Below are positions 18,609 through 29,025 of a DNA stretch of 64,000 bases, one piece after another; position 1 is the first letter of the stretch; each line of letters begins with the position of its first letter. The position numbers and the translations under genes are program-made. Origin of the DNA: Phycisphaerales bacterium (lineage in GTDB: Bacteria; Planctomycetota; Phycisphaerae; Sedimentisphaerales; Anaerobacaceae). A model generated the notes under the pieces. It was not told the DNA's origin. It was given only the letters and a program-made list of their open reading frames with translations, and did not search any database. Location of the stretch: NCBI GenBank assembly GCA_020343675.1, contig CP070806.1, positions 4,750,805 through 4,814,804 on the forward strand. Direction: 5' to 3'.

Positions 18609-21236
18609 TTACTCTTGAACGATTTCATTTTTTATTTCATTGAGCAGATTTATGGCTTCGATAGGTGTCAGGTTATTCACATCGGTTGAGCCGAGCTTCT
18701 CCAGGACGCTCTTGTGCTTCTGGACGAACAAGGTGTCTGCATCGGGTTCTTTGGTCTTGTGACGGGAGAAATGTTCGCCGGCGGCTTCCTTTTGGAAGGT
18801 GCTTTCCAGTTCTTCGAGAATCTCTTTGGACCGGTCCAGGATGGTCTTCGGGATGCCCGCTAATTTGGCGACGTGCAGGCCGTAGCTCTTGTCCGTCCCG
18901 CCGGGCAGGATTTTGTGCAGGAAGACGACCTCGTCCATCCATTCGCGGACGGCCACGTTGCAGTTTTTCACATTGGCGAACAGCTCGGCCAGTTCGGTCA
19001 GTTCGTGGTAGTGCGTGGCGAAGAGCGTTCGGCATTTTGCGTTGCCCGCGATGTGCTCGGTGATGGCCCAGGCTAAGGAAAGCCCATCATAGGTGCTTGT
19101 TCCCCGGCCGACCTCATCGAGGATGACGAGGGATTTTTCGGTGGCGTTATTGATGATGTTCGCCGTCTCGGTCATCTCGACCATGAAGGTGGATTGGCCC
19201 CGCACCAGTTCATCGGATGCACCGACGCGCGTGAAGATTCTGTCCACCAGGCCGATCCTGGCGCTTTTAGCGGGAATGAATGAGCCGGTCTGAGCCATGA
19301 GCACCAGCAGCGCAACCTGCCTGATGTAGGTGCTTTTGCCGCTCATGTTGGGACCCGTGATGACAACGATATCGCCCGCGCCGTCGCCGAGCTCGACGTC
19401 ATTGGGCACAAAATCGGCGCCGAGCATTTGCGCCAGCACCGGATGCTTGCCCTCTTGAATGACAAGCTCGCCGCCGTTGGTCATCCTGGGCCGGACGTAG
19501 TTTCGCCGCCTGGCCATGTAGGCCAGCGCCGTCAGGCAATCACACTGCGCGACGGTCTCGGCCAACGCCTGGAGCCTGCTGACATACTGGGCGCACTGCC
19601 GGCGGAGCTGGTCGAAGAGCTTCTGCTCCAATTCAAGCGCCTTTTCCTCAGCGCTCAGGGCCTGGGTTTCGTACTCTTTCAACTCGTCGGTAATGTAGCG
19701 TTCGGCGTTTTTAATCGTCTGCTTGCGGACATAATCAGCGGGCACCCTGTCCGCCGAGGAATGGCTAATCTCGATATAGTAGCCGAAGACTTTATTATAG
19801 CCGATTCTCAGGTTTGCGATGCCCGTTCGCTCGGCCTGCTGTTTCTGGTATTTTCTCAGCCAGCTTTGGCCGTCCCGGCTGATGGAGCGCAGGCGGTCAA
19901 GCTCTTGCGAGAAGCCTTTTCTGATAACGCCTCCGTCGCGCAGATGCGTGGGCGGTTCGGGCTCGATAGCTACTTCAAGCAAGTCGGCAAGCTCATCCAT
20001 GCTGTCGCACTGCCCGGCCAAATCGGCAAGGGCCTCGCCCTGAAAGTGCTGGAGGATTTCGCGCAGAAGAGGAATCTGACGCAGCGTCCCGGCCAGGGCC
20101 ACCAAATCCCTCGGACCGGCTCGAAACGTGCTGATGCGGGCCGCGATGCGCTCGGTGTCGAAAATGTTCGCCAGGATTCTGCGAACCTCGGCTAATTGTG
20201 CATCGGCGCTGCTGATTTCTTCGACGGCGTCTTGCCGCCGTCCGATGGCGTCCAGGTCATAGAGCGGCATGCACAGCCAGCTTCTGAACTTGCGGGCGCC
20301 CATCCCGGTGATGGTTTCATCGAGACAGTCCAGCAGCGAGCCTTTTCGGCTTTCGGTGCGAATGGTTCGCAGGATTTCCAGGCTCCGCAGAGAAGCCGGA
20401 TCGATTTGCAGGAAGCTCTCACGGTTGATTTTCCTCAGACTTCGGATATGGCCGAGCGTGGTCTTTTGTGTCTCGTTGAGATACTCGATGATGGCGCCGG
20501 CAGGGGGGATGAGGGCTTCATCGTTGTCGCCAATGCCGAAGCCTTCGAGCGTCGCGGTGCCGAAGTGCTTTAACAAGCGCTGTCTTGCCTGATAAGGGTC
20601 GAAATACCAGCTCGGACGTTCGGTGATGATGGCGCTGGTGAGTTGTTTGATATCGACGATGAGTTTCCTTGTCTCGGCTTCGAACAGCTCTCCTCGCCGG
20701 TCGGCAAGCAGGCATTCGGCGGGCGAGAGCCGCAATAGCTCGTCGAGCAGTTTCTCTTCGGGCAGCTCCTGGACAAAGAAATGGCCCGTTGAGATATCGA
20801 CCCAGCTAAGGACGGCAAGGCTTCTTGTCCCCAGACCGACGGCGCAGAGGAAATTGTCTTCTTTCGCCTCCAGCAGAATATCATCGGTGAGCGTTCCGGG
20901 GGTGACGATTCGCACGACATCGCGTTTGACCACACCCTTGGCGGTCTTCGGGTCTTCGACTTGCTCGCAAACCGCAACCCTGTAGCCGGCCTGGAGCATT
21001 TTCTTGAGATACCCTTCGACCGCGTGGTAGGGCACGCCCGCCAGCGGGATGGGATTGTCGGCTTTGCTCCGGCTGGTCAGCGTCAGGCCCAGGACCTTCG
21101 AGCAGGTTTTGGCGTCTTCGTAAAAGGTCTCATAGAAATCGCCCATGCGAAAGAACAGGATGCAGTCCGGATGCTTCTGCTTGAACCGGTGAAACTGTTT
21201 CATCGCAGGCGTCAGTTTTTGATCGATCGGGGCCAT
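18609..21236 (-). CDS. mutS: DNA mismatch repair protein MutS
   Basis: 875-aa ORF with the MutS N-terminal mismatch-binding region (FYETFYEDA context), Walker A ITGPNMSGKSTYIRQ, and the C-terminal ATPase/dimerization region. Confidence 0.9.
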   Translation of the reverse strand: MAPIDQKLTPAMKQFHRFKQKHPDCILFFRMGDFYETFYEDAKTCSKVLGLTLTSRSKADNPIPLAGVPYHAVEGYLKKMLQAGYRVAVCEQVEDPKTAKGVVKRDVVRIVTPGTLTDDILLEAKEDNFLCAVGLGTRSLAVLSWVDISTGHFFVQELPEEKLLDELLRLSPAECLLADRRGELFEAETRKLIVDIKQLTSAIITERPSWYFDPYQARQRLLKHFGTATLEGFGIGDNDEALIPPAGAIIEYLNETQKTTLGHIRSLRKINRESFLQIDPASLRSLEILRTIRTESRKGSLLDCLDETITGMGARKFRSWLCMPLYDLDAIGRRQDAVEEISSADAQLAEVRRILANIFDTERIAARISTFRAGPRDLVALAGTLRQIPLLREILQHFQGEALADLAGQCDSMDELADLLEVAIEPEPPTHLRDGGVIRKGFSQELDRLRSISRDGQSWLRKYQKQQAERTGIANLRIGYNKVFGYYIEISHSSADRVPADYVRKQTIKNAERYITDELKEYETQALSAEEKALELEQKLFDQLRRQCAQYVSRLQALAETVAQCDCLTALAYMARRRNYVRPRMTNGGELVIQEGKHPVLAQMLGADFVPNDVELGDGAGDIVVITGPNMSGKSTYIRQVALLVLMAQTGSFIPAKSARIGLVDRIFTRVGASDELVRGQSTFMVEMTETANIINNATEKSLVILDEVGRGTSTYDGLSLAWAITEHIAGNAKCRTLFATHYHELTELAELFANVKNCNVAVREWMDEVVFLHKILPGGTDKSYGLHVAKLAGIPKTILDRSKEILEELESTFQKEAAGEHFSRHKTKEPDADTLFVQKHKSVLEKLGSTDVNNLTPIEAINLLNEIKNEIVQE

Positions 21237-21245
21237 AGGTGCAGA

Positions 21246-22445
21246 TTATACACGGACCGGCCCACTTAACAACTCCGTTATGATCGACGCGGCATCCTGC
21301 GCAGATTGAGCGGTCGTTATTTGTTTGAGCAAGGTTTCCTGCCGGGTGGTGAAGCAGACCGGCTGATGCGGATCGACGTCGGCAACTCCGACGGTCCGGC
21401 AGATTTCTTCTTTGAGCCGCCCGATGCCGGTTCCTTCTCTGGCGCTTATTCGCACTATGTTCGAGAAGGTTCGGGGCAACGTGCCTGTATCGAATCGCGC
21501 AGGCAGGTCGGATTTGTTCAAAACCCCGATGACGTTCTTGCCGGCGAGCTTCTCGATGATTTGCCTGTCCAGTTCTTCCGCCGGCCGGCTGACATCGAGA
21601 ACGAGCATGACAAGGTCCGCGCGTTCGAGAATCTGTGTCGTCTTTTCCCTGGCGGCCTGCTCGACGGTATCTTCGGACCCGAGCAATTCGGCGCCCAGTC
21701 CCGCGGTGTCGATCAACGTCACAGACAGGGGGCCGATCTGGCACGTCGCTTCGACCCAGTCTCTGGTTGTACCCCGGACGCCGGTGACAATGGACTTTCG
21801 CCGGCCGGCCAGGTGGTTCGCGAGCGTACTCTTGCCGCTATTTGGCGGGCCTGCCAAAACCACTGTACAGCCGCAGATGATGAGTTTCGCCGCTTGAGAT
21901 TCTTGAAGTATCTGCGCCGCCTCGGCTGTGATCGTTTCGAGAGAAATCTCGGCGATGTTTGCGAGCCAATGCCGGGCTTTCTTGCCCAGGCCGGCGTTGA
22001 GTTGGTTGGCTACTATTTTCGTCCCCTGCAGGGTCCTGGCCTCTGCCTGAGCCAATTTGGCTTCGACGGCAATTGTGTCGGTGAGTTGTTGTGCCATGAG
22101 AGTCTTGGCCAGAAGCTGCTCAGCGGTCAGCAGCGTCGCCCCGCAGCGCTGGAGTTGTTCCATGATCAATTCGACAATAAGAGGATTGCCGTGGCAGTGG
22201 ATGGCAAAAGTAGCCGGACCTTCACAGCCGATGGTCACCTCGTCGATGACCTGATCGCCCTGGCAGATTGTGCCAATCAGGATATCGCCGGTCTTGAATA
22301 CCGGTGGTCTCGTTCCTCTGGGCCTGAATATCTGCTTGATGAGAGCTTCGGGCGAATTCCCGAAGACCTGGATGGTCGATAGGGCGCCGGTCCCCATGCC
22401 GGTTGTCACAGCGGCGAAAATAGTCATGGGTTCTATGCTCGACAC
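21246..22445 (-). CDS. MnmE/TrmE-like GTPase (divergent; lacks the C-terminal CIGK motif)
   Basis: 399-aa ORF. The N-terminal domain resembles the MnmE THF-binding domain. A central G domain carries GPPNSGKSTLANHLAG and GTTRD. The C-terminus ends ...ELLSGPVRV with no cysteine motif. Confidence 0.55.
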   Translation of the reverse strand: MSSIEPMTIFAAVTTGMGTGALSTIQVFGNSPEALIKQIFRPRGTRPPVFKTGDILIGTICQGDQVIDEVTIGCEGPATFAIHCHGNPLIVELIMEQLQRCGATLLTAEQLLAKTLMAQQLTDTIAVEAKLAQAEARTLQGTKIVANQLNAGLGKKARHWLANIAEISLETITAEAAQILQESQAAKLIICGCTVVLAGPPNSGKSTLANHLAGRRKSIVTGVRGTTRDWVEATCQIGPLSVTLIDTAGLGAELLGSEDTVEQAAREKTTQILERADLVMLVLDVSRPAEELDRQIIEKLAGKNVIGVLNKSDLPARFDTGTLPRTFSNIVRISAREGTGIGRLKEEICRTVGVADVDPHQPVCFTTRQETLLKQITTAQSAQDAASIITELLSGPVRV

Positions 22446-22451
22446 ACGAGC

Positions 22452-23240
22452 CTACCCTACTTTCTCTGCGATGTACTTCTGATAGGCCAGGACGATACCC
22501 TTAACAACGAGATTGGGTACATAGTTGTCTATGAACTCGCAGTCGCCGGCGATGACTTTGGCGGCCGAGCCGGTGATGACCGTCTGGGGCCACTTGCCGA
22601 ATTCCTCGGCGTAGCGTCTGATCACTTCCTGCAACGCGCCCACAATGGAATAGTACAACCCGCAATTGATGGCATCGATCGTGTTCTTCCCATAAGGGGC
22701 CTTCGGTTTGGTGACCTTGATATTCGGTAGTTGCGCGGTATTGTCCCTCAATGCCTTGGCGCTGATCTCGAAGCCGGGGCAGATGACGCCGCCGAGGAAG
22801 ACGCCGTTCCGGTCAACCAGGTCGATGGTCACGGCGGTGCCGAAATCGGCGACGATCACAGCGTCCTCAACGACGGTGTACGCCGCTGCCGCCGAAACCA
22901 CCCGGTCGGTGCCGACCTCGTCCGGCTCATCCACCCAGAGCGTCATCGGCAGGGGGATGTCCTTGCCGATGATGTGAATCTCTTCGTCGAGTTGTTCTGC
23001 GGCGATTTGCTCGACAAGTTCGGTCCAGGCGGGCTTGACGCTGCTGACGACAATTACGCCGTCACGTCTCTTTTCCTTTGAGCTTTCGAGGATAGGTATC
23101 TTGTCCCATGCGGATTTCAGGCAGCTTGTCTGTTGAGCCGCCGACCGGCCCGGGATGGTTTTGACAAACTCTTCCTTGTCGTCGAGAAAGAGTCCGATGG
23201 CAATGTTCGTGTTGCCGATATCTATCGCAATGATATTCAT
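22452..23240 (-). CDS. coaX: Type III pantothenate kinase
   Basis: 262-aa ORF with the N-terminal ASKHA motif IAIDIGNTNIAIG. Size and layout are typical of CoaX. Confidence 0.85.
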   Translation of the reverse strand: MNIIAIDIGNTNIAIGLFLDDKEEFVKTIPGRSAAQQTSCLKSAWDKIPILESSKEKRRDGVIVVSSVKPAWTELVEQIAAEQLDEEIHIIGKDIPLPMTLWVDEPDEVGTDRVVSAAAAYTVVEDAVIVADFGTAVTIDLVDRNGVFLGGVICPGFEISAKALRDNTAQLPNIKVTKPKAPYGKNTIDAINCGLYYSIVGALQEVIRRYAEEFGKWPQTVITGSAAKVIAGDCEFIDNYVPNLVVKGIVLAYQKYIAEKVG

Positions 23241-23278
23241 AGATTCGCATCCCGTGGTTCGTAAATCGTCTCCTGTAT

Positions 23279-23307
23279 TTTCTACCTTATTTCTCCGCCC
23301 ATGTCAA
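23279..23307 (-). promoter_or_regulatory. Candidate sigma70-type promoter for coaX/mnmE-like/mutS
   Basis: On the minus strand: TTGACA (23302-23307), a 17-nt spacer, then TAGAAA (23279-23284), about 40 nt upstream of coaX. Pattern match only. Confidence 0.3.
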
Positions 23308-23425
23308 TCCGCGCCAATAGAGCGCGAAATCTCAAGAGTCTCAGGACTCCGACAGACACATTGCCCTGTTCATGAGGTGCTCGGCCGAGGGGGGCAGGAT
23401 CGGCTCTTCAGGCTCCGCTTGAGAA

Positions 23426-24436
<1,011 letters not shown>

Positions 24437-24455
24437 TCACTTGGCATTCCGGCAT

Positions 24456-24485
24456 AAAAAAAAGGATGGTACATAGACCATCCTT
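24456..24485 (-). terminator. Rho-independent terminator between rpmA and obg
   Basis: The minus strand reads AAGGATGGT-CTATGT-ACCATCCTT followed by a T-run (the plus-strand A-run at 24456-24463), directly downstream of the rpmA stop. Confidence 0.6.
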
Positions 24486-24512
24486 AATAGTCCTCGGTCA
24501 TCTTCGTGCCAG

Positions 24513-24746
24513 TCAGACGACGTGGATTTTCCGGCCCTGGAAGCGTACTTGGCCGTCGGCGGTGGCGAACAACGTGTAGTCCCTGCCCATACCGACATTG
24601 GAACCGGGGAAGAACTTCGTTCCGCACTGCCGGACGATGATTGAGCCGGCCTTGACCGCCTGGCCGCCGAAGAGCTTCAAGCCCCTGAACTGGGGGTTGC
24701 TGTCCCGGCCGTTTCTGGAAGAGCCTTGTCCCTTTTTATGTGCCAT
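24513..24746 (-). CDS. rpmA: 50S ribosomal protein L27
   Basis: 77-aa ORF beginning [22 protein letters not shown]..., the canonical L27 N-terminus. Confidence 0.9.
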   Translation of the reverse strand: MAHKKGQGSSRNGRDSNPQFRGLKLFGGQAVKAGSIIVRQCGTKFFPGSNVGMGRDYTLFATADGQVRFQGRKIHVV

Positions 24747-24932
24747 AATCAGTTACCTCAAACCTGTGCAAACTCTAATCCATCGAAATTCCTTGAACGG
24801 AAATACTACCAGTGTCTTTCGGGATTGTCCAGAAAAAACTCGCTCTTTTTTCAATTCACGATTTCAGCCGGTAGGATCCGGATGCGACTCTTCGAGTTTG
24901 ACACAAGACAGGGGGGCACAATTTGATTTTTT

Positions 24933-25436
24933 TCAGATATTTTTTTTGCTGCCTTCTGACCAGGCCTCGGGAATCGCCCGCTCCGGCGTTTTCACCTTTC
25001 TTGTTGTGCCAGGTGGTCCGCTGGAAATCCTCAGAGCCTCACTATCAATAGTGAAAACGCGGTTTTTCACCCAGTGTGGATTCTCTGTCGCAGTGATGCA
25101 GGCATGAATTGCCGCCGCGTCCTGCAAAGCCCCGTTCCCTCCGGTCTTCCGGTTGCCGGTCTGCAGATGGCTCACTGCCTCGATAGTCCCAGGCAGGTCC
25201 TTGCGGGCACCGGCAGGGCCGTTATCAATACTGGAAACAAGTCTTTTGCGAACAGGCAGTCTCTCTGGCCTCTGATCGTTGCTGTTTGCATTCAACCTCT
25301 CGGCTCGTATGAATCCGCCCACCGACGTCAGGGCAGTGCCTCCTGAGCAGCACACGACGGTGACATTGCGGAGAGATTCTCGAACAATTCGTCCCATAAA
25401 AAGGTAGAAGAATTTAGAGAGTGTTTGCCGATTCAC
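24933..25436 (-). CDS. Hypothetical protein (weak call)
   Basis: 167-aa ORF with a GTG start and no recognisable motif, signal peptide or SD. Codon third-position GC looked lower than in neighbouring genes. It may be non-coding leader or regulatory DNA. Confidence 0.25.
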   Translation of the reverse strand: MNRQTLSKFFYLFMGRIVRESLRNVTVVCCSGGTALTSVGGFIRAERLNANSNDQRPERLPVRKRLVSSIDNGPAGARKDLPGTIEAVSHLQTGNRKTGGNGALQDAAAIHACITATENPHWVKNRVFTIDSEALRISSGPPGTTRKVKTPERAIPEAWSEGSKKNI

Positions 25437-25557
25437 TTATTGATTGAATGGACGTAATCACGATGGATATGGGGGGAACTATCCGGAAAAAAGAGTACTG
25501 AAAGGCAGTGCACAGACAACTCCAGGAGCAACCATCACATTTGGCAGGGATGCGACA

Positions 25558-28500
25558 ATGCAGATCTTAAAGAAGATTTCCAGAAAACGTTATGTGCGAA
25601 GAGGGATCATCTACTTTCTGGCGTACAGCTTGGCTTTGAACGCGTCTTTGCCGGCCGTGCTCGCCACGCCTTCCGACGGCTTGTTTACTGTGGGTACCGG
25701 TGTTATCGAATACGGGGCGAACACCACTGTAACAGTGGATCAGTTACAGTCTGTCATCGAGTGGGGGGCTCCGGGTTCCGGAGGCATCGATACTGGTCCG
25801 GCTGAGAACCTGACGTTCTTGCAGGCCGCGGGTCTGAGTGATTCGGCGGTGCTCAACAGGATCATGTCGGGCAACCCTACCCAGTTTGACGGTACGCTCA
25901 GCGGCCTGGACATGCGTATTTTCATTGTGAACCCCGCCGGTATAATCTTCGGCCAAGGGTCCCAGATCAATGTATCGCAGTTAGTCGCCTCGGGTCTGAA
26001 CGTCTCGAACGATGCGTTCAACGCCATTCTGGAGGATGAAAGCAACCTGATGGTGTTCCGGGAGGGCGATGGAACAGTTCAGAATCTCGGTTCCATCTCC
26101 GCCGATAGTGTTCATTTGGTCGGCAAGAAGGTCCTCAACTCAGGCTCGATCGTTGCTCCGGAAGGTCTGGTCGTTATGGCTGGCGGCGACAGGGTGTATC
26201 TTGGGCAGAATGGTAGCAGTGTCCTGGTCGAGGTTGCAACGGAGCCGCTGGATTCCTCGGCCGATGTTCTAAACGACGGTTCAATTACCGCTGAAAGTGG
26301 AACGGTCATTCTCGCCGCCGGGGATCGGTTTTCCAGGGCCGTCAGCAACGTTGGCACCCTTGCGGCGGCCGGCGGCGACATCGCCGTTGATGCGGCACGG
26401 TTCGAGAACAGCGGCACGATCAATGCGGACGGCGGCGGCTCTATCAGTCTGTCTGCGACCGAGGCAATTGTGCTCAACGGGGAAGGCACGACAACCGCCG
26501 ACGGTGGTTCGTTGCTGGTCGAGGGCCCTGAGCTGACCATAGCCGACGGATACACACCGGCCGACGCGGCTGAAAACACGCTCTACGAGAAGTGGGTGGA
26601 GGAGCAGTCCCAAGCCGGGACGGACCTGGAGCTGGTGGCCGGCTCGAAAACACTCGGTAGTATCCTTGTCGAGAATATCAGCGACGGTGAGATCACCGGT
26701 GGAAGCGGCGATATCGCGCTTCGCACCAGGTACGATACCGGCGGCATTACATTTCTGTCGCAGGTCGAAGGCGACCCGGTCACGACAACAATTCACACGA
26801 CCGCCGGCGGAAGCATTTACATGCTGGCAGGCGCCGGCGGGATTACGGTCGGCGAGATCATCACAGAGGTGCCCTCGAACGACAAGCTGACCGAGCCCGG
26901 TAGAATCAGGCTGTTCACCAACAATTATGGAAGCATTGATACAGGACAGTTGACCGTCGAGGGCGGCAGCTACGACGAAGTCTCGATTATCGCCAGCGGC
27001 GACCTGACCATTCGGGGGAACATCAAGACCATCACGAATCAGGTCCCCTCCGATATCAAGGAGGTCGGGCAGGCCAGAACGTGTCTGGTCTCCGTTCACG
27101 GCGACGTGGACGTTGAGGGAGCGGTCATCGTCAGGGCCCACGGAAAATTCTACAGTACCGCGGACGTTCACATCTGTGCCGGCGCCAATGTGACAATAGC
27201 GCTCGGACCCGAGCAAAGAATCGATGCCTCCGCCCACACTTCAGAAGAGGGCCCTTCAGACGCGTCCGTCCTGATTCATGCCGGAAAGGATATCGAAGGG
27301 CCGGGTGTTATCAGCATCAATGGCGGCGGCAGCGATCCCATTCATGTTTACGCCAAGGCCGGCGGAGGTACGGGAACGGCTGAAGTGCGTTCAAGCGATG
27401 ACCCTGCCGACTGGGACGAAACCAACGGCAACGCCCATGCCCTTCTGGAAATCGAGGCGGATCGTACAGCGCAGTGTCCCGATTGTCCGGTGCCGCCCGA
27501 TTTGCCCCCTCCACTGCCGCCGATTACCCTGCCTGATGCGACGACAACTCACATGAACGACGCTGTGAGTGACAACGTCCTCGATAACGATACCATCCCT
27601 GACGGTGGGAACCTGACTGCTATTCTGACCAGCGAGCCGGTAAATGGCGAGTTGATGGAATTTGACTGGGAGACCGGCGACTATACGTACCAGCCCAAGG
27701 ACGGCTTCGTCGGCACCGATACCTTTACCTATATTGCCACGGACGGCGAAATCTACACTGATCCGATTACCGTAACCATAACGGTCACGAATACCCTGCC
27801 CGATCTGGCGAATGACACGACGAGCACCCACATGGGCGAGCCCATCAGCGGTATCAACGTCCTGGCCAACGATGTGGACCCGGACGGCGATGAGTTCGCG
27901 GTGGATTCGTTCCTTTACGACGGCCCGGGCACGCTGGTCGAGAACGGAGATGGAACGTTCACCTATACTCCACAGCAAGGTTTTGTCGGACAGGACAGCT
28001 TCACATATACAACCAGCGACGGGCAGGACGGCGTTTCATCTGATCTGGCGACGGCCTACATCACCGTCATGAACGCCTTGCCCGTTGCAGGTGAGGACGC
28101 TGCGACAACCAATCAGGACGTGGCCGTTCTAATCGACGTTCTGGCCAACGACATCGACCCGGACGGAGACCTGTTCACGGCGGCTCTGCTCAGCAGCCCA
28201 GAGCACGGGACGCTGATGCCGAACCCGGACGGAACGTTCACCTACACACCTGAACCGGGCTATTCCGGCGAGGACGGCTTCATGTATTATGCCACGGATG
28301 GTCAGTCGGGCGCCGAGTTCACCGGGACCGCGGTGAACATCACGGTCAACCCGATTGAGGTGCCTCCGCCTCCTCCGGTCCCGGAACCTGTACTGCCCTT
28401 CGTGCCGGCGGCGCCGCTTCCCGAGCCGGTCGAGCTGGAGATCTCGGGTTGCCCCGCTTTGACAATGTGGGCGGCGAGCGAGCTGGGAGTCGGTGAAGGA

Positions 28501-28923
28501 ATGATGCAGATATGGGTCGTCAATACGCTGGCCTCCTCCAAAGAGATACAGCCGTGCGATGCCTGCGCACAACTGAAGGCCTCAGCCGCCATCCTGCAGG
28601 ATCCCGACGGAACTCATCTGGCTGCGCTGGCGCAGGTGATCAACGATTTGGCTCCGAGTACGGCTCCGCCGACCCCCGAACAAATGACCTCGATCGCCAG
28701 TGCCATAGCGGATAATACCGATCCCTTTAACCAATACGCAGTGGCCGGGGCGTACCTCGATGCTCTGACGATCTACGTCGGCGCGTTGAACAACGGTATG
28801 AACTTCCCAATGGAAGAATCGATCATGTTCACCGTGGATCGGTATGTTGCACCGCTGGCCGACAGCGGCAATGCTACTGTGGCCGCCTTTGTGGCCGAGA
28901 GACTCGTGGCTCTGGGTGGATAA
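25558..28923 (+). CDS. Filamentous-haemagglutinin/TpsA-like large exoprotein
   Basis: I chose the start at MQILKKISRKRYV... because it gives a signal peptide (LALNASLPAVLA). The TPS secretion-domain hallmarks VLNRIMSGNPTQFDGTL and FIVNPAGIIFGQGSQINV are present. These are followed by a Gly/Asn/Thr-rich beta-helix-like region, three cadherin/Ig-like repeats, a Pro-rich linker and a helical tail of about 190 aa. Confidence 0.75.
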   Translation: MQILKKISRKRYVRRGIIYFLAYSLALNASLPAVLATPSDGLFTVGTGVIEYGANTTVTVDQLQSVIEWGAPGSGGIDTGPAENLTFLQAAGLSDSAVLNRIMSGNPTQFDGTLSGLDMRIFIVNPAGIIFGQGSQINVSQLVASGLNVSNDAFNAILEDESNLMVFREGDGTVQNLGSISADSVHLVGKKVLNSGSIVAPEGLVVMAGGDRVYLGQNGSSVLVEVATEPLDSSADVLNDGSITAESGTVILAAGDRFSRAVSNVGTLAAAGGDIAVDAARFENSGTINADGGGSISLSATEAIVLNGEGTTTADGGSLLVEGPELTIADGYTPADAAENTLYEKWVEEQSQAGTDLELVAGSKTLGSILVENISDGEITGGSGDIALRTRYDTGGITFLSQVEGDPVTTTIHTTAGGSIYMLAGAGGITVGEIITEVPSNDKLTEPGRIRLFTNNYGSIDTGQLTVEGGSYDEVSIIASGDLTIRGNIKTITNQVPSDIKEVGQARTCLVSVHGDVDVEGAVIVRAHGKFYSTADVHICAGANVTIALGPEQRIDASAHTSEEGPSDASVLIHAGKDIEGPGVISINGGGSDPIHVYAKAGGGTGTAEVRSSDDPADWDETNGNAHALLEIEADRTAQCPDCPVPPDLPPPLPPITLPDATTTHMNDAVSDNVLDNDTIPDGGNLTAILTSEPVNGELMEFDWETGDYTYQPKDGFVGTDTFTYIATDGEIYTDPITVTITVTNTLPDLANDTTSTHMGEPISGINVLANDVDPDGDEFAVDSFLYDGPGTLVENGDGTFTYTPQQGFVGQDSFTYTTSDGQDGVSSDLATAYITVMNALPVAGEDAATTNQDVAVLIDVLANDIDPDGDLFTAALLSSPEHGTLMPNPDGTFTYTPEPGYSGEDGFMYYATDGQSGAEFTGTAVNITVNPIEVPPPPPVPEPVLPFVPAAPLPEPVELEISGCPALTMWAASELGVGEGMMQIWVVNTLASSKEIQPCDACAQLKASAAILQDPDGTHLAALAQVINDLAPSTAPPTPEQMTSIASAIADNTDPFNQYAVAGAYLDALTIYVGALNNGMNFPMEESIMFTVDRYVAPLADSGNATVAAFVAERLVALGG
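27535..28350 (+). repeat. Three tandem domain repeats of about 93 aa (cadherin/Ig-like) inside the TpsA-like gene
   Basis: The repeated pattern is ...VL(D/A)ND(T/V/I)DPDGD...G(T/E)...(N/E)xDGTFTYTPxxGFxGxDxFTYxxxDG..., seen three times with a period of about 280 nt. Confidence 0.7.
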
Positions 28924-28959
28924 CGCGACAGGTGGACGTATATATTGATGGCAGCGCAC

Positions 28960-29004
28960 AAAGTTGCCGTCGGGGACGTTGTGATTCCCGGCGGCAACTT
29001 TTTC
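28960..29004 (+). terminator. Possible terminator after the TpsA-like gene
   Basis: The stem pairs AAGTTGCCG (28961-28969) with CGGCAACTT (28992-29000), followed by TTTTC. The long loop of about 22 nt weakens the call. Confidence 0.35.
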
Positions 29005-29025
29005 TATTTACAGCTACGGTCGAGT

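Noticed and set aside
21246-22445. HydF ([FeFe]-hydrogenase maturation GTPase) as an alternative identity for the 399-aa GTPase, considered because hyp genes are in the window.
   Set aside because: HydF has its G domain at the N-terminus and a C-terminal CxH...HCxxC cluster motif. Here the G domain is central, an MnmE-like N-domain precedes it, and no Cys cluster is present.
28350-29025. A CdiA-type polymorphic toxin tail plus immunity gene at the end of the TpsA-like protein.
   Set aside because: There is no VENN or other pre-toxin motif. No small co-directional ORF follows the stop. The next gene is a convergent TPR protein. The tail is left as unassigned.
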